DNA from: Limnochordia bacterium
GTDB taxonomy: Bacteria; Bacillota; Limnochordia; DTU080
DNA: 64,000 nucleotides
Assembly: GCA_050951545.1 (NCBI GenBank)
Contig: JBMNJG010000007.1
Coordinates: forward strand, 614,364-678,363
Reading direction: 5' to 3'
Positions 1 to 10,217 of the stretch are shown piece after piece (the first letter of the stretch is position 1; each line of letters begins with the position of its first letter). Both the position numbers and the translations under genes were made by a program. A model generated the notes under the pieces. The model was given only the letters and a program-made list of their open reading frames with translations, was not told the origin of the DNA and ran no database searches.

Positions 1-537
1 GTCACGGGCGATTTTCTTGGAGAAGGCAAGGATCTCGTCCCAGGTCTTGGGAGCCTGTGGTTGCAGACCCGACCGCAAGAAGAGGTCCCTATTGTAGTAG
101 ATCAGGGGGGTGCTGTTGTTGTAGGGCAGACCACAGATGTTGCCGTCGTAGGTGACGGCACCCAACATGCTCTGCGAGAAATCTTTCAGATCGATGCCGT
201 TGGGTCCCTTAATGTAGGGCCCGATATCCAAGAGGGCGCCGGAGTAGTAGAAGGCTGCGCTGCGGGTCTGCTCAAACATGGCCACATTGGGAGCCGCTCC
301 ACCAGCCCAGGCGACCAACGCCTTTTCCATTCCTTGCACGTATCCCCCGATATAGACGATCTCAGCCTCTATCTCCGGATGGGCCTTGCTGAAATCTTCG
401 CAGATGGCGTCAAAGGACTTTGATGCCTCGCCAGTATCCAGCGAGTGCCAGACAGTGATACTCTCTTTCGCGAACGTACTAGGAACCATCAGCAGAGCGA
501 CTAGGACCACGGTCGACACAACGAGTCGGCATCTCAT
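1..537 (-). CDS. ABC transporter extracellular solute-binding protein (UgpB/sugar SBP family 1), 5' part; runs off the window edge
   Basis: Manual translation from ATG at 537: MRCRLVVSTVVLVALLMVPSTFAKESITVWHS...AWAGGAAPNVAMFEQ...GLPYNNSTPLIYYNRDLF...PKTWDEILAFSKKIARD; signal peptide plus SBP motifs. Not in the ORF track because there is no stop. Confidence 0.85.
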   Translation of the reverse strand, partial: MRCRLVVSTVVLVALLMVPSTFAKESITVWHSLDTGEASKSFDAICEDFSKAHPEIEAEIVYIGGYVQGMEKALVAWAGGAAPNVAMFEQTRSAAFYYSGALLDIGPYIKGPNGIDLKDFSQSMLGAVTYDGNICGLPYNNSTPLIYYNRDLFLRSGLQPQAPKTWDEILAFSKKIARD

Positions 538-603
538 TTCGTGAACCCCCCATCAAGTCACTTGCCCCTGTCAGAGTGAGAAGTTACCAGATAGCAGTAG
601 TTA

Positions 604-629
604 ATTCTCTCTGGGGGTTAGCCACTCCT
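604..629 (-). promoter_or_regulatory. Sigma-H-like promoter (AGGA-N18-GAAT) for the SBP gene
   Basis: Reverse strand reads AGGAgtggctaacccccagagaGAAT; same spacing recurs at 5367-5392 and 23194-23219. Confidence 0.55.
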
Positions 630-808
630 GCTGCTGGTTCTACAGATGTTAGCTGGTGCGGATTACGCTCTACGTGAGTGTGTGGATCCCAGAGTGGATG
701 CCGAAGCGCGTTCCTTGCGAGGCGATGCGATCAATCGTCGGCGAAGTGTTTCTATGATACCCATCGCAGGCAATCGTTCGGGAGAGGAAGTGTCTTGGTG
801 TTGCAGAA

Positions 809-1702
809 ATGACTCACCATGATACAAGGGGGGCATCAGGCGTGCATATACACATCCTGGGGTCGGCTGCTGGCAAGCCAGTGCCACGCCCCTTTTGCGC
901 TTGTCGGGTGTGTGAGCACGCCCGACACGTCGGAGGAAAAGACCTCCGCACACGTACTACGGTGTGTTTGTACCCGGGCGACACGTGGAGTATGCAAGGT
1001 CCGATCAAGAAGCCGCGCTACCAGGTTGACCTGTCTCCCGATCTGACATACCAGCTAGATCGTCAGCGTGTTGATCTGAGCGATCTCGAGCATTTACTTT
1101 TCACTCATGCACATGCCGACCATTGCTGTGGGCAGTATCTGGCTTTTCGTCGCACTGTGCGCGGCCCGGTCTCGGCACTGCCTCTGCTGCATGTCTACGG
1201 GGACTCCGGGGTGCAACAGCGCTTGCTCGCTGACATCCAGGACCTCGAGGCGAATCGTTGCGAATTCCACCTAGTTGATGGTGGCGACACACTTGACGTA
1301 GGGGAACTCCGTGTCACAGCCTTTGCGTCCACACATGGTGGAGCTCTGGGTTGCCTGCATTTCGGCATTGATGATGGCCAGCATAAGGTGCTTATGGCGT
1401 GGGATGGCTGGTGGGAGGAGCAGGTATGGGATCGTCTGCGCGACTGGAGCTTTGATGCACTGATTATGGAGTGTACCTATCTCGGGCCGCATGAGACGAA
1501 GATGGCTAGCCATCTCAGAGCCGCGGATTTTCTGGAGATCAGGCGGCGGTTGATTGCTCAGGGTACTTTGGATTCCGATGCACTGACTGTGGCGTTGCAC
1601 ATCGGTGACAATGGCGGCTTGACCCATGAAGAGGCCCAGGATCTGTTGAGTGAGCACGATATCATCGTGGGCTACGACGGTCTAGTGGTAGAGGTGTGGT
1701 GA
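809..1702 (+). CDS. MBL-fold metallo-hydrolase, PhnP-like
   Basis: LGSAAGKPVPRPFCACRVC Zn-binding N-terminus and THAHADH motif. Confidence 0.85.
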   Translation: MTHHDTRGASGVHIHILGSAAGKPVPRPFCACRVCEHARHVGGKDLRTRTTVCLYPGDTWSMQGPIKKPRYQVDLSPDLTYQLDRQRVDLSDLEHLLFTHAHADHCCGQYLAFRRTVRGPVSALPLLHVYGDSGVQQRLLADIQDLEANRCEFHLVDGGDTLDVGELRVTAFASTHGGALGCLHFGIDDGQHKVLMAWDGWWEEQVWDRLRDWSFDALIMECTYLGPHETKMASHLRAADFLEIRRRLIAQGTLDSDALTVALHIGDNGGLTHEEAQDLLSEHDIIVGYDGLVVEVW

Positions 1703-1765
1703 GGCTGGAGATGCCTGTGTGATCCGCATGTCTACGGAGCGCTGACTGGCAAGTAGGCACTGTGA

Positions 1766-1790
1766 GGGGTGGGGCTGTACACCCCACCCT
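1766..1790. terminator. Hairpin between convergent genes
   Basis: GGGGTGGGG-ctgtaca-CCCCACCCT inverted repeat. Confidence 0.5.
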
Positions 1791-1813
1791 AGAACCTTTC
1801 CGCAGCGCTCCCA

Positions 1814-2176
1814 TCACCACCCCAGCTCTGGTCTGAGCTGGTGGATCATGATGTTGTTTCCTTCACTATCCTTGATCCATGCGGCGCGGCAGTAGGCATC
1901 GGGCTCTTGCTCAACGGATGGCCTAATGTCCGCCACTACCTCCACACCGAGGTTCCTCAGACGGGTAATCTCTAAAGCGATATCATCCGTCTCCAGCGCT
2001 ATGTACGGATGTTTTGCATGTTCCAGCGCAATGGCACAACCGCACCCAGTCGTGACCTCTACCCAGGCGTCCTCATTCCAGTCACCAGCCCTTAGCCCCA
2101 ACACTTCCCGATAGAAGGCCCCTGCGCGCTTGGGGTCTGTGGCTGGCAGGGCTACGAAAGCCAATCCTTTGATCAT
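1814..2176 (-). CDS. VOC/glyoxalase family protein
   Basis: FYREVLGL and WIKDSEGNNIMIHQ motifs; AGGAG RBS upstream. Confidence 0.85.
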   Translation of the reverse strand: MIKGLAFVALPATDPKRAGAFYREVLGLRAGDWNEDAWVEVTTGCGCAIALEHAKHPYIALETDDIALEITRLRNLGVEVVADIRPSVEQEPDAYCRAAWIKDSEGNNIMIHQLRPELGW

Positions 2177-2308
2177 GTCGTCGACTCCTTTCTGCTCAGT
2201 TAGCTCCCGGATCTACTCACCTCACATGAGTTCGTTCATCGATGGCCAAGACCTGCACCAGACCCATCAACTGGCGACCACCTGCTCGCTGAGTGGCGAC
2301 GCAAGGGA

Positions 2309-2690
2309 TTGAATGCACCAGTGCTTATGCTTACGGCGCTAGATGCGGTGGCCGACCGAGTCACTGGTCTTCGCGGCGGCGCCGACGACTACCTGGTGAA
2401 GCCGTTTGCCTTCGAGGAGTTGCTGGCCCGCTTAGAGGCGCTGGTCCGACGCGGTCAGAAGTCCTGGGGTACGGAACTGCGTGTGGGTGATCTGTTCCTG
2501 GACACAGAGACGGGCTGCCTTTTCGCTGGTGGCAAGCGGGTCAAACTCACTGCCCAAGAGTTCCATCTTATGGAGCTTTTCATGCGGCACCCGGGTCAGA
2601 TCCTCTCACGGCAAACCATCACAGACGCTTGCTGGACCGAGCCCGAAGAGATCTCGGACAACGTCATCGAGGCGCCACATAAAGAGGGCC
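2309..2690 (+). pseudogene. OmpR-family response regulator fragment (N-terminus missing, C-terminus broken)
   Basis: PVLMLTALDAVADRVTGLRGGADDYLVKPF and LTAQEFHLMELFMRHPGQILSR; the phospho-Asp region is absent; NVIEA-HIKR is split by a frameshift. Confidence 0.75.
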
Positions 2691-3054
2691 CAGAGGTGAT
2701 GCCCCGGAAGTGGTAGGGGCAGGTGGGCAGGCTGATGCGGCGATAGGACTTCCACTGGCTGGGATGCCGCGAGTAGAGCGGAGGTCACCCCCGTCAGGCC
2801 TGCAACGCCCAGGATGGCAGCCGCCGGAGGGCGTGCAACCCTCCGAGCAAATGCGGCGACCTGAAAGGATGCAGCTACCTGAGGCGATGCAACCACCTGA
2901 GGGCCCTAGAGGAGATGGACCTGGGCGAGCTTCGCCAACCGTTCGGACGCTAGGCCTGCCGACCGAGCATCTAGAACCGCTTGCTGTGTTAGCGGGTCTC
3001 CTCTTGGTAGCCACAGGTTTCATATGGCGTCGCCGACCGCACACTGTGGTGTGA
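2690..3054 (+). pseudogene. C-terminal fragment of a membrane-anchored protein with M-Q-x-P-E-x repeats
   Basis: WQPPEG-VQPSEQ-MRRPER-MQLPEA-MQPPEG repeats followed by a TM helix and an RRR tail; no convincing start. Confidence 0.5.
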
Positions 3055-3119
3055 GGATGGGGTGAGACTGAGTGGGGCAGCACGCGGATGTGGCCGCAAC
3101 TGCACAGCAGTCATGTGCG

Positions 3120-4340
3120 CTACGAAGCCGCCTGGCCAGCTGCAGGTGAGACGCGGTACGCTGTGAGCAGTGACATGAGGGCGATGATCGCTGCCACAGC
3201 GAAGACCGCCGAGTAACCAGCTCTCATCCAGAGTAGCCCTCCCACAAAGGGGATGGTCATAGAGACCGCATGATCAATGGTCACGCCCAGCGAGAGGGTG
3301 GGGGTTATGTCCGCTTTGCTCAAGGCGATCCGGTTCATATACATGGTGCGGGCCATGGTAGTGGCAATGAGCAGCTGATCGAGTACGAAGCAAGCATAAG
3401 CGAGGCGAATGCCCCACATCCCCCAACTCAAGCGAGGGCCGAATCCGTAGCCCAAGCACACCAGCATGAGTAAACAGGCGTCGGCCATAAGTACGAACCG
3501 CTCTCCCTTGCGGTCGATGAGCCGCCCGAGTGCTGGCCGGAAGACGACACCTATCGATCCGGAGACGATCCAAAGCTTGGCGATGGTAGAGGCTGGTTCA
3601 CCCAATACCTTGATCAATACCCACGGCCCAAAGGTGATGAAGACCTGCTTGCGGGCCCCATACAGCATACACAGAAGGTAGTACAGGCTGTACTCCCTGC
3701 GCACCACGAAGCGTGCGGTACCGGGCTTGCCCATCTGTGGGGTGCGCATTCGAAACAGGAAGGCGGCGGCTACAAGAGCGAACAAGGCACCCGTAATGAA
3801 CAGGCGCGCAAACCCAAGGTGGAAATAGTCACTTCCTAACCAGACGATACCAGCGCCCACGATGATTGCCGTTGTCTTGGCACCTTCCAGCTGACCTAGC
3901 CGAGCCCCCACTTGTCCATCACGCGCCGTGGTGAGAGCCAAAGAGGCCTCTAGGGGCATGTTCAGATGCGTCCCCATACTCCAGAGAACCATTCCGAGGA
4001 TCATTGTGGTATAGGTAGGTGACATAAACCCCAGACCCAACAGACCCATTGCGATACATGAGGCGGCTACGACGGCTGCTCGGCTGATGCTGAGGCGGAA
4101 CAGCAAGCTGGTGGAGACAGCTACGAGGAACCCGGGCAACTCGCGGGGGAATTCCAGGGCCCCTCGTGCTCCGGCGCTGATCCGGAACGTCTCGTTGAGG
4201 TAGCTGTTGAATGAGGTGTCAAAGATGCTGTTGGCCACGGCGACACAGGCGGCAGCTATGAGCAAAGCGGTGAGGTTGCGTCGAGCGCAATCAGGTGTGT
4301 GGGCTGTGGCTAGATCCGAAGCTGTGCCCAGGATAAACAC
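3120..4340 (-). CDS. MFS transporter
   Basis: About 12 hydrophobic segments; GRLIDRKGER MFS loop motif. Confidence 0.85.
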   Translation of the reverse strand: MFILGTASDLATAHTPDCARRNLTALLIAAACVAVANSIFDTSFNSYLNETFRISAGARGALEFPRELPGFLVAVSTSLLFRLSISRAAVVAASCIAMGLLGLGFMSPTYTTMILGMVLWSMGTHLNMPLEASLALTTARDGQVGARLGQLEGAKTTAIIVGAGIVWLGSDYFHLGFARLFITGALFALVAAAFLFRMRTPQMGKPGTARFVVRREYSLYYLLCMLYGARKQVFITFGPWVLIKVLGEPASTIAKLWIVSGSIGVVFRPALGRLIDRKGERFVLMADACLLMLVCLGYGFGPRLSWGMWGIRLAYACFVLDQLLIATTMARTMYMNRIALSKADITPTLSLGVTIDHAVSMTIPFVGGLLWMRAGYSAVFAVAAIIALMSLLTAYRVSPAAGQAAS

Positions 4341-4357
4341 CTCGTTGTTGGCGGAGA

Positions 4358-5323
4358 TCAGGCAGTCAGACTATGGATATGCTCGATAGTGTCGTCTGTG
4401 ACCGCAGTACCAGCGGCCTCCAGAGCCAGAAGGGCACTGCCAGCAAGAGCGGATCCCGGGTGCCAGCGATCTACTCTTGCGCCATAGGCCTGCAGTTGAC
4501 TGTCGATCAAGTTGACAAGGAACGGACTTCTGGTCAAGACACCTCCGGTGTAACCCACCTGAATGGGTGATGCCAGCTTCAGCTGCCTACAGAGACTGCG
4601 GATATACCCTGTGTATTCCTCGGCGGCAGTCTCTATGGCCCCTCGGGCGCCAGGATCCCCCTCCTCGGCAAGGGCCAGGACAAGTGGTGTGGCTTGCCCG
4701 AACTCCCGTCGCATAAGCCGACCCTCATAAAGCGCCCAGGCCAGCTCGCGCAGTGAAGTCATTGAGAATAGCTGTAGAAGGCGTTCGGGCAATGCGGAGT
4801 CGGGGCCGCGCTTTTCGCTTGCTGCAATAGCTGCCATGACGGCTCGCTGGGCGATACCCCAGCCACCGCCTACGTCCCCAAAGAGGTATCCCCAGCCCCC
4901 GACGGTCAACCACTGTTCCCCGTTGTAACCTAAAGCCACCGTGCCAGTGCCACCGACAAGGGCTATGCCGGGGGTCTTCCACAGGGTACCCGCGTAGGCA
5001 GCTTCCCTGTCTTCCACAAGTAGTATCTGAGAGGCAGGAAAGGTCTGCGCCAGAAACTCACGGAGGCCCGCTGGCCAACCGCTGAGGCTGCAGCAGATCC
5101 CACCGACTGCTTGTGGTGCGCAGTCGGCTTCGACAAGCAGAGCCGCGACGGCTGCTTGGATACCCTCGAGTTGGGTAGGGGTAGGGTGCCCGCCGCTGGT
5201 CGGCTCCGTGGAGTAGTGAAACCCGGGCGCTTCGCGTTGAAAGGCCTCGTTGGTCAGGCAAGAACCCAGCCAGATGGCTGTAGAAGTCTGTCCGCCGTCG
5301 ATGGCGAGAATAGCGTCGTGCAA
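4358..5323 (-). CDS. BadF/BadG/BcrA/BcrD-type (N-acetylglucosamine kinase-like) ATPase
   Basis: IDGGQTST, GGTGT and GGWGYLFGDVGGG motifs. Confidence 0.85.
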   Translation of the reverse strand: MHDAILAIDGGQTSTAIWLGSCLTNEAFQREAPGFHYSTEPTSGGHPTPTQLEGIQAAVAALLVEADCAPQAVGGICCSLSGWPAGLREFLAQTFPASQILLVEDREAAYAGTLWKTPGIALVGGTGTVALGYNGEQWLTVGGWGYLFGDVGGGWGIAQRAVMAAIAASEKRGPDSALPERLLQLFSMTSLRELAWALYEGRLMRREFGQATPLVLALAEEGDPGARGAIETAAEEYTGYIRSLCRQLKLASPIQVGYTGGVLTRSPFLVNLIDSQLQAYGARVDRWHPGSALAGSALLALEAAGTAVTDDTIEHIHSLTA

Positions 5324-5366
5324 CTGCGTCGCTCCCTTCTGAGATCACACAGTCGATATCTGCGAT

Positions 5367-5392
5367 ATTCTCGGCCGCATCGGCGGTCTCCT
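5367..5392 (-). promoter_or_regulatory. Sigma-H-like promoter for the kinase-MFS operon
   Basis: AGGA-N18-GAAT on the minus strand about 45 nt upstream of the start. Confidence 0.55.
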
Positions 5393-5650
5393 GCGCGTGG
5401 TTACCGTGGTGCTAGGTGCCCGGCGCACCCTGGTCTAGCACTGATTCACTGGCTAATCGTGGTCGAAAAAAGCCTGTGCCCAAGCAGGACAACTAATGAT
5501 TGCGTTGAACCGAAATGCAGGGTAACGCATCCGCTGTCACCTACACCATTTCACACAGTGAGTGGTAGGGCAATGTGCGATACCCAAGCTTGACTGTGAC
5601 TGTAACTGCGTACTGACCAGCAACTGATCAATCGCCCGCACCAAACAAAC

Positions 5651-6997
5651 ATGGGAGGTAAGGACATGACAAACGCATCGAAAGCCATAGCGCATCGTCG
5701 CCGGCGTATGATCACTCTAACAACTGTCACCGCATTGGTCATTGTTTTCGCGCTGACCCCGCTGATGCACGCCAAGCGTGTCACGATTGAACATGCGGTC
5801 AACTCAGGTCACGGGCAAGCATATATCGACGCGACGACGGAAATCGCGGCTATGTTTAGTAGATCTCAGGACGAAATAGACGTGGAAGTGACCGTGTTAG
5901 CTAACTACAATGAGTCGATCATCGTTCGAGTGGCTGGTGGCGCTTCGCCGGATACGCTCACGACTAATCGGTATGGCGACTTCGCCGGGCGGAACATGCT
6001 ACTCCCGATGGACGCTTTCTTAGGCAAGGGCAGTCTTGAACGCCGCTATGTGCCCGCTGCCCTTGAGCACGGTCGATGGGACGGTCAACTCGTACAGCTT
6101 CCACTTTTTGTCCAACCAGCGGTTACCTACTACAATACCTGGCTTTTTAATGGGGCGGGCCTTGAATCCCCGAATGAGATGGACGCTCGGGGTGCGTGGG
6201 ATTGGGATGGTTTGATCAAAACGGGAAAGAAAATGGCCCGGGACACTACGGGCGACGGCATTCTCGACATTTTCGCTACCGGTGGGTCATGGGTGAGTAT
6301 TGAGCGACTCATTTTCTGGATTGGTCAAAGTGGTGCCTATTACTTCGACAAGTACACGAACCCGACTGAGAGCCGAGTCAAGACTCCGGAATTCGAGCGA
6401 GCCTTGAAGTTCGTACATTCCCTGGCACACGAATACCACATTACGGAGGTCAGCGGGCTCACCGGAATGCCTGTATCGAAGTTCACAGACGGTCAAGCAG
6501 GCACGATGTTCGATGGACCGTGGCGTATAGCTGGCATTCGAAACGCTGGCATGCCCGATGAATCATGGGACGTCGCTCCCATGCTATCGGGACCGGCCGG
6601 AAAACCTGCTTTCGTCCATGTTGATGGCGTGCAGATATCGGGCGTGACTCGCCATCCCGAGAGCGCGTGGAAATGGCTCAGCTTCTTAACCACGGATCCC
6701 CAGGCGAATAACATCCTCATTCAAGTTGTCAATCGTCCTACAGCATACATCCCGACACTGATGAAATACACGGATATGATCACGGCGGGCGGCCACCCCA
6801 AACACGCCAAAACGTATTGGAACATATTGACGACATCGACTGAAGCGATTCCCATATCGCCGTTGGTACCCAATACAAACCGCTTTTTCAGTACTCACTC
6901 ACCGGAAGTCGGCAGGTTCTTACGGGGCGAGCAGAGTGCTGCGGCTACAATGGAAGCCTTAGACCACGCGTTTAGCCAGATTCTCAAAGGTGACTAA
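5651..6997 (+). CDS. ABC sugar-binding protein
   Basis: Signal peptide, AGGASPD, YYNTWLF, RDTTGDG and WDVAPM motifs; start probably at ATG 5666 after GGAGG. Confidence 0.9.
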   Translation: MGGKDMTNASKAIAHRRRRMITLTTVTALVIVFALTPLMHAKRVTIEHAVNSGHGQAYIDATTEIAAMFSRSQDEIDVEVTVLANYNESIIVRVAGGASPDTLTTNRYGDFAGRNMLLPMDAFLGKGSLERRYVPAALEHGRWDGQLVQLPLFVQPAVTYYNTWLFNGAGLESPNEMDARGAWDWDGLIKTGKKMARDTTGDGILDIFATGGSWVSIERLIFWIGQSGAYYFDKYTNPTESRVKTPEFERALKFVHSLAHEYHITEVSGLTGMPVSKFTDGQAGTMFDGPWRIAGIRNAGMPDESWDVAPMLSGPAGKPAFVHVDGVQISGVTRHPESAWKWLSFLTTDPQANNILIQVVNRPTAYIPTLMKYTDMITAGGHPKHAKTYWNILTTSTEAIPISPLVPNTNRFFSTHSPEVGRFLRGEQSAAATMEALDHAFSQILKGD

Positions 6998-7018
6998 GTC
7001 GTCACCATCGAATGCCCG

Positions 7019-7052
7019 AATAGGTTGCCCGTTAGATAACGGGCAACCTATT
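7019..7052. terminator. Bidirectional intrinsic terminator
   Basis: Long perfect inverted repeat AATAGGTTGCCCGTTA-ga-TAACGGGCAACCTATT between convergent genes. Confidence 0.8.
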
Positions 7053-7123
7053 TGCTGTACGCTCGGCATGTCTGCTAAGCCGAGGCGGGTATCGGCAGTT
7101 GCCTGCGCGCGCTTGCCGTGCTA

Positions 7124-8389
7124 CTAAGTGCTGGGCGTGTTCAGCTTGTACCAGCGCTTGGGGTTGTCGCAGAAGATTAGCTGTGCGATATGCAACGCGT
7201 CCTCTTCACTGAAACGCCCTTTCTCTACCTTCTGAGCCAGAACCACGGCGACATTGGCCCGAGCAAGCTGTAGGTGGCCGTATATCTTCTCCGGCACGTG
7301 GTAATCGCCTCCAAAGGCAAATATCTTCGTGACTGGTACGGCATCGAGCCACTGTGAGAGCGCCCGCCGCGAGACATCAGGCCCCATGATGTGCATCCAG
7401 CACATGTTGAGGGTCACATTCTCGAAGTACTTGCCCAGGCAGGTCATATCTTCCACGAAGGGAAATGAGCCGTGGAAGAGGTCGAAGCGCGTCCTGGGAT
7501 AGTCGCGCAACAGACTCCACAGATGAGTGGCGCGAGCGTTGCGGATGTCATTGTGGACCCCAGCTTGGTAGCCAGTATGAATGACCACAGGCAAATCAAC
7601 GTCGGTGCAGGCCTCGACTGCCCGACGGAGGAGGTAGTTTTCCAGTAACTCGCGGTCGGCTGAACTGATGCCTTGGACGATGCCAGCTCGCATACGGATG
7701 AAGACGCCTTCAGCCTCGGCCTGAGCGACATCAGGGAAGTCGATACGCCGCTGATACGCCGCACTCACTTTGTAACCGACTGCACCCTCTTGTTTGCGAT
7801 CTGCCACGTACTGCCTCAGCGCAGAGACATACTCGCTAAGAGTGTGGATGGAACGATTGGTCTCCTGCTCTAAAGCGGCCCTGGGGATACCACAGGCCCT
7901 ATCTGGGCACAAATAAACGAAGAAGTCCTGATCGTCCCTTACTACTCTGCCAGTACACTGAATGGCCATCTCAATTCCACAGAGCTCCTGGATAGTCCGG
8001 CGGTAGTACCCCGGCTTGAGACTGTCCTGCATTTTCTGGGAGATGGCCTCGACTGTGTCGTCATTGATGTCGTCAAAGCCCAGGACGTCACGGACATAGG
8101 CTAGCGCCGGGTAGGCGTAACTACCGAAACGAATTGCCTCAAACGCTGGTTTGAGCTTCTGCCAGCGAGGCACAAGGGGTTGCGTGGTGTCGAACACCTC
8201 GTTCTGTTCCCTACCATAGGGTAAGCCTGCGCAGGAGAGGTCAGCCAAGCAGTAGTGCGAGAAGAGAGTAGTGACATCGGCCTTGTGGGCCAGTCGCTCT
8301 GCCTCGGTAGGCAGGTGTTCGTGGCAGTCAACCACCGGGATCTTTTTGATCTCGTCAAACAACGCCGCCGAGAGTCCTTGTAGCCGCAT
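7124..8389 (-). CDS. Amidohydrolase-family protein (uronate isomerase-like TIM barrel)
   Basis: VVDCHEHL, IHTG, DLFHGSFP and FGGDY motifs; start re-called at ATG 8389 after AAGGAGG. Confidence 0.85.
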   Translation of the reverse strand: MRLQGLSAALFDEIKKIPVVDCHEHLPTEAERLAHKADVTTLFSHYCLADLSCAGLPYGREQNEVFDTTQPLVPRWQKLKPAFEAIRFGSYAYPALAYVRDVLGFDDINDDTVEAISQKMQDSLKPGYYRRTIQELCGIEMAIQCTGRVVRDDQDFFVYLCPDRACGIPRAALEQETNRSIHTLSEYVSALRQYVADRKQEGAVGYKVSAAYQRRIDFPDVAQAEAEGVFIRMRAGIVQGISSADRELLENYLLRRAVEACTDVDLPVVIHTGYQAGVHNDIRNARATHLWSLLRDYPRTRFDLFHGSFPFVEDMTCLGKYFENVTLNMCWMHIMGPDVSRRALSQWLDAVPVTKIFAFGGDYHVPEKIYGHLQLARANVAVVLAQKVEKGRFSEEDALHIAQLIFCDNPKRWYKLNTPST

Positions 8390-8748
8390 CGTTCGCGCCT
8401 CCTTCTCATACCGGGGTAATTGACGGTGGGGTGCCGTAATCCTTCCTACGGGCGGTTGGACTAGCGGGGGCGTACTCCTATCTTGCGCGCACGAGCGAGA
8501 GCGATAGGGCGCGAGGTCGGCCGTACTCACTCCGGTTAGCCGATGGATGTAAGCTATTTCCCTATCGCATAGAATTAGATAGCAGCGCTTGGTCTGCAAG
8601 CCGCTTGGCTGCCCTGTGACACCAGTTGGCGATCGGTGTCGTATGATGATATCTCCGGCGGTGCTACTGAACGCATTTGCTATAGCCAAAAACAGAAATA
8701 ACGACTGTTTGGCGGAAGTAGGCCAGTAGTTCCATTGCTCTTAGTGCG

Positions 8749-8800
8749 TTGACACACGTATAGGGGGCGGGGTATCCTTATAAAGGAACATATGCTCATT
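8749..8800 (+). promoter_or_regulatory. Sigma-A-type promoter with downstream near-palindromic operator
   Basis: TTGACA (8749)-N18-TATCCT, then GAACATATGCTC (8786-8797). Confidence 0.55.
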
Positions 8801-8830
8801 ACGTCCGGAAGGAGAAAGGAGAGGATCACT

Positions 8831-9217
8831 ATGCCGCGCGGTGACGGAACGGGCCCAACAGGGCAGGGACCAACGGGTGGAGGCAGGCAGGGCTCGGTCG
8901 GGGGTGGTCGAGGTCAAGGTCGAGGTCTACGACGAGGTGGTCGAGGCTGGCGCAACTGGCCAGTTGGTATAGAGCAACCGCTCCCCGTTGATGCGCCGCA
9001 CATCGAGGAGACGCCTGCTGTTCCGATCGCTCCGGTTGCCGCTGAGACCGAGGTGGCGTTGCTCAGGGGTCAGCTTCAGGAGTGTCAGCAAGCGATGGCT
9101 GCTCTGAATGAGCGCATCCTGCAGCTGAGCGAGAATGCGAGGGAGCGCAGTGCTCAGCAAGGGCATAAGCAGCAGGATAGAGCCAAAGAAAGTAGGGATG
9201 AGGAGACTGAGAGTTGA
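8831..9217 (+). CDS. DUF5320-like Gly/Arg-rich protein with C-terminal coiled coil
   Basis: MPRGDGTGPTGQGP...GRGRG N-terminus; GGAGAGG RBS before ATG 8831. Confidence 0.75.
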   Translation: MPRGDGTGPTGQGPTGGGRQGSVGGGRGQGRGLRRGGRGWRNWPVGIEQPLPVDAPHIEETPAVPIAPVAAETEVALLRGQLQECQQAMAALNERILQLSENARERSAQQGHKQQDRAKESRDEETES

Positions 9218-9359
9218 GCCTAGCGGCAGCGTGACGAGGCTTGTTACCCAGTCTGATCCAGCATAAGGCGCCGTCGAGGCGGCCAGCTCGGCCAATGGTA
9301 TTGGGGCGAGCGGCATGCGGCGGCGCTCTGATTTTTCTCTAGCGAAAGGTGGGGTCCAT

Positions 9360-10217
9360 ATGAGGGCTATGAGCGAGACGACCTCGGCAGTGTTGCTGAC
9401 CGTCGTCGTGGATAACGTTGTGCAAGCGCCGAAGCTGTGGGCGGAGCACGGGCTTTCCATCCTTTTAGAGACACCAGAATGCCGACTGCTGTTTGACACA
9501 GGGCAGTCAGGCAAGGTGCTCCTACATAATACTGAGGTGTTGGGTGTCGATCTGGGTCGACTCGACGCGGTTGTGCTGAGTCACGGGCACTATGATCATA
9601 CTGGTGGCTTGCCAAGCGTGCAGTTGCAGCCTGACATGGCGAAGCTCTATGCGCATCCAGGAGCGTTCGCAGAGAAGTTCAGCAGAAGCCCCGCAGGCGT
9701 TTTGCGTCCCATCAGCAGCGGCCTGACCCGGCAAGCGGTGGGGAGTCTGGAGCTGGAGCTGGTCTCTACCGAAGCACCCCAGATGATCGCGCCTGGCATT
9801 CTGGTGTGCGGTGAGATTCCACGGGTCACTGACTTCGAGAGGGTTCCGGCGTCCTTTCTGTGCAGGCGAGGCGGGAGTTTGATGCCCGATCAGCTTCTGG
9901 ATGACCAAGCACTTGTCGTCGAGACACCTACCGGGCTTGTGGTGCTGCTGGGGTGCGGGCATGCAGGAGTAGTCAACACCTTGGAGCATGTTCGGCAATT
10001 GGGCTTTAGCGGGCCTATTCGGGCGTTGATTGGTGGGCTGCATCTTCAGAGTGTCTCAGAAGAACAGCTGCGTCTCACGATTGAGAGCTTCGATAGGTAC
10101 GATGTCGAGGTTGTGGTGCCACTGCACTGTACAGGCTTCGCGGCTACTGCCCGTATAGCTCGTGAACTGGGGAAGCGCTTTGTGCTGGGAATGGTGGGCA
10201 GTAGGCTGCACTTCTGA
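9360..10217 (+). CDS. MBL-fold metallo-hydrolase (COG1237-type)
   Basis: AEHGLS, LFDTG, SHGHYDHTGG, GCGHAG, GGLH and PLHCTG motifs. Confidence 0.85.
   Translation: MRAMSETTSAVLLTVVVDNVVQAPKLWAEHGLSILLETPECRLLFDTGQSGKVLLHNTEVLGVDLGRLDAVVLSHGHYDHTGGLPSVQLQPDMAKLYAHPGAFAEKFSRSPAGVLRPISSGLTRQAVGSLELELVSTEAPQMIAPGILVCGEIPRVTDFERVPASFLCRRGGSLMPDQLLDDQALVVETPTGLVVLLGCGHAGVVNTLEHVRQLGFSGPIRALIGGLHLQSVSEEQLRLTIESFDRYDVEVVVPLHCTGFAATARIARELGKRFVLGMVGSRLHF

Noticed and set aside
61-423. 120-aa plus-strand ORF and similar shadow ORFs throughout the window
   Set aside because: They are antisense or off-frame to well-supported genes in GC-rich DNA.
8390-8689. 100-aa N-terminal extension of the amidohydrolase ORF
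   Set aside because: A strong RBS precedes ATG 8389, and the extension has no family resemblance.
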